Below are positions 4,794 to 5,601 of a stretch of 5,601 bases of DNA, in pieces (within the stretch, counting starts at the first letter, position 1; each line of letters starts with the position of its first letter). The position numbers were made by a program, and so were the translations under genes. The notes beneath the pieces were generated by a model that was given only the letters and a program-made list of their open reading frames with translations, was not told where the DNA came from and did not search any database. The DNA is taken from the IMG/VR virus record IMGVR_UViG_3300015185_000041, positions 1 to 5,601 of that record; one strand, 5' to 3'. The DNA comes from a virus (Duplodnaviria; Heunggongvirae; Uroviricota; Caudoviricetes).

Positions 4794-5022
4794 AACGCGA
4801 AAATCCACCAGCATCCGGAAACCTGATTACAGATTCCCAGATAAGGCAATGAGCTACCTGGCGCAGAACGGGCTGATAAGTATGGGGAATGTTTTACGAT
4901 GAATATTTAGACTAAAGAGTTTGTAACGCTATGTAAGTGATTTTTTCTGGTTTAGATATTTATATGTCCGGCCAAATTGAGGTGTGTTTAAATGTAATTG
5001 CACATTGATTGTAGGAGGAATA

Positions 5023-5202
5023 ATGAAAAACGCATTGCAGTTTTTGTTTGTTGCGTTCTGGTTGTTCGTATCATGTATGCCCATCATCTTCACAGCAAGG
5101 TATATGGAAAAAGTTGATGTTTTGATATTAATATTTGGATATATAAATGCCCTTTTTTTAGGGGTGTTCATGGCGGTCATGTGCATTGAATACTGGCGGT
5201 AA
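5023..5202 (+). CDS. Small two-helix membrane protein (59 aa)
   Basis: ATG 5023 preceded by AGGAGG (5013-5018). Product MKNALQFLFVAFWLFVSCMPIIFTARYMEKVDVLILIFGYINALFLGVFMAVMCIEYWR has two hydrophobic helices. The track ORF 4984..5202 starts at an upstream GTG with no RBS. Confidence 0.6.
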   Translation: MKNALQFLFVAFWLFVSCMPIIFTARYMEKVDVLILIFGYINALFLGVFMAVMCIEYWR

Positions 5203-5257
5203 ATACAGCGAACGCCATTGGTTTAGTTGGATATTTACTGTGCCGGACAAAAACGGT

Positions 5258-5460
5258 TTGCGGGGAAATCTTAGTTAAGTAGAATGACTGCGGGTGCTTG
5301 AGGCTATCTGTCTCAGGCATGAACACCAAAAGGCAGATAGAGAAAAGCCCCAGTTAACATTACGCGTCCTGCAAGACGCTTAACATTAATCTGAGGCCAT
5401 ATCTATGCGACACATAGAGATTAGCCTCTTACGGACCGAAAGGTCAAGGAGAAGCAGGCT
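5258..5460 (+). promoter_or_regulatory. Hok mRNA leader: candidate promoter and structured 5' UTR
   Basis: Candidate promoter: -35 TTGCGG (5258-5263), 16-bp spacer, -10 TAGAAT (5280-5285). 10-bp stem at 5304-5313 paired with 5331-5340, 17-nt loop. Hairpin 5402-5418 sequesters the AUG of the short upstream ORF. Confidence 0.4.
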
Positions 5461-5464
5461 ATGA
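5405..5464 (+). CDS. Short upstream ORF (19 aa) coupled to hok; possible Mok analogue
   Basis: ATG 5405 with GAGG 8 nt upstream; TGA stop overlaps the hok ATG (ATGA). Product MRHIEISLLRTERSRRSRL. Confidence 0.3.
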   Translation: MRHIEISLLRTERSRRSRL

Positions 5465-5601
5465 AGCAGCAAAAGGCGATGTTAATCGCCCTGATCGTCA
5501 TCTGTTTAACCGTCATTGTGACGGCACTGGTAACGAGGAAAGACCTCTGCGAGGTACGAATCCGAACCGGCCAGACGGAGGTCGCTGTCTTCACAGCTTA
5601 C
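5461..5601 (+). CDS. hok: Hok/Gef-family type I toxin, truncated by the window edge
   Basis: MKQQKAMLIALIVICLTVIVTALVTRKDLCEVRIRTGQTEVAVFTAY is near-identical to recalled HokD/HokC sequences. RBS AAGGAG with 9-nt spacer. About four codons are missing beyond position 5601. Confidence 0.85.
   Translation, partial: MKQQKAMLIALIVICLTVIVTALVTRKDLCEVRIRTGQTEVAVFTAY

Noticed and set aside
4984-5022. Upstream GTG start giving a 72-aa version of the membrane protein
   Set aside because: No RBS before the GTG, whereas ATG 5023 is 4 nt downstream of AGGAGG; the extra 13 residues are probably not translated.
4929-5186. Minus-strand 85-aa ORF overlapping the small membrane protein gene
   Set aside because: No Shine-Dalgarno upstream and an Asn/Thr/Ile-rich product typical of random AT-rich sequence; the plus-strand ORF has AGGAGG and clean hydrophobic helices.
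1-5601. Scan for tRNA, rRNA, integrase or transposase, and att-like direct repeats marking a prophage boundary
   Set aside because: No cloverleaf-compatible segment, no long ORF with recombinase motifs and no flanking direct repeats were seen; the window appears to lie wholly inside the prophage.

Overview
This window reads as the immunity, replication and early-accessory region of a lambdoid (Rac/lambda-like) enterobacterial prophage. Left to right: (1) a leftward operon of an HTH repressor-like regulator plus a ParE-family toxin-antitoxin pair, closed by an intrinsic terminator; (2) a divergent operator/promoter region carrying repeated 13-bp palindromes, one of which recurs beyond the terminator; (3) rightward cro-like and CII-like (YdaT-family) genes; (4) an O-like replication initiator with iterons embedded in its coding sequence and a DnaT-like C-terminus, with no helicase-loader gene after it; (5) a Ren-like gene and a chain of translationally coupled small ORFs, three of them strongly acidic; (6) an AT-rich islet encoding a two-helix micro-membrane protein; (7) the start of a Hok-family type I toxin locus running off the right edge. 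No rRNA, tRNA, CRISPR array or transposase was seen. All family assignments rest on motifs read by eye and recalled sequences; no database search was run. I did not find one clearly novel system; the most promising candidates are the repressor-wired toxin-antitoxin operon, the acidic protein cluster and the micro-membrane protein beside hok.
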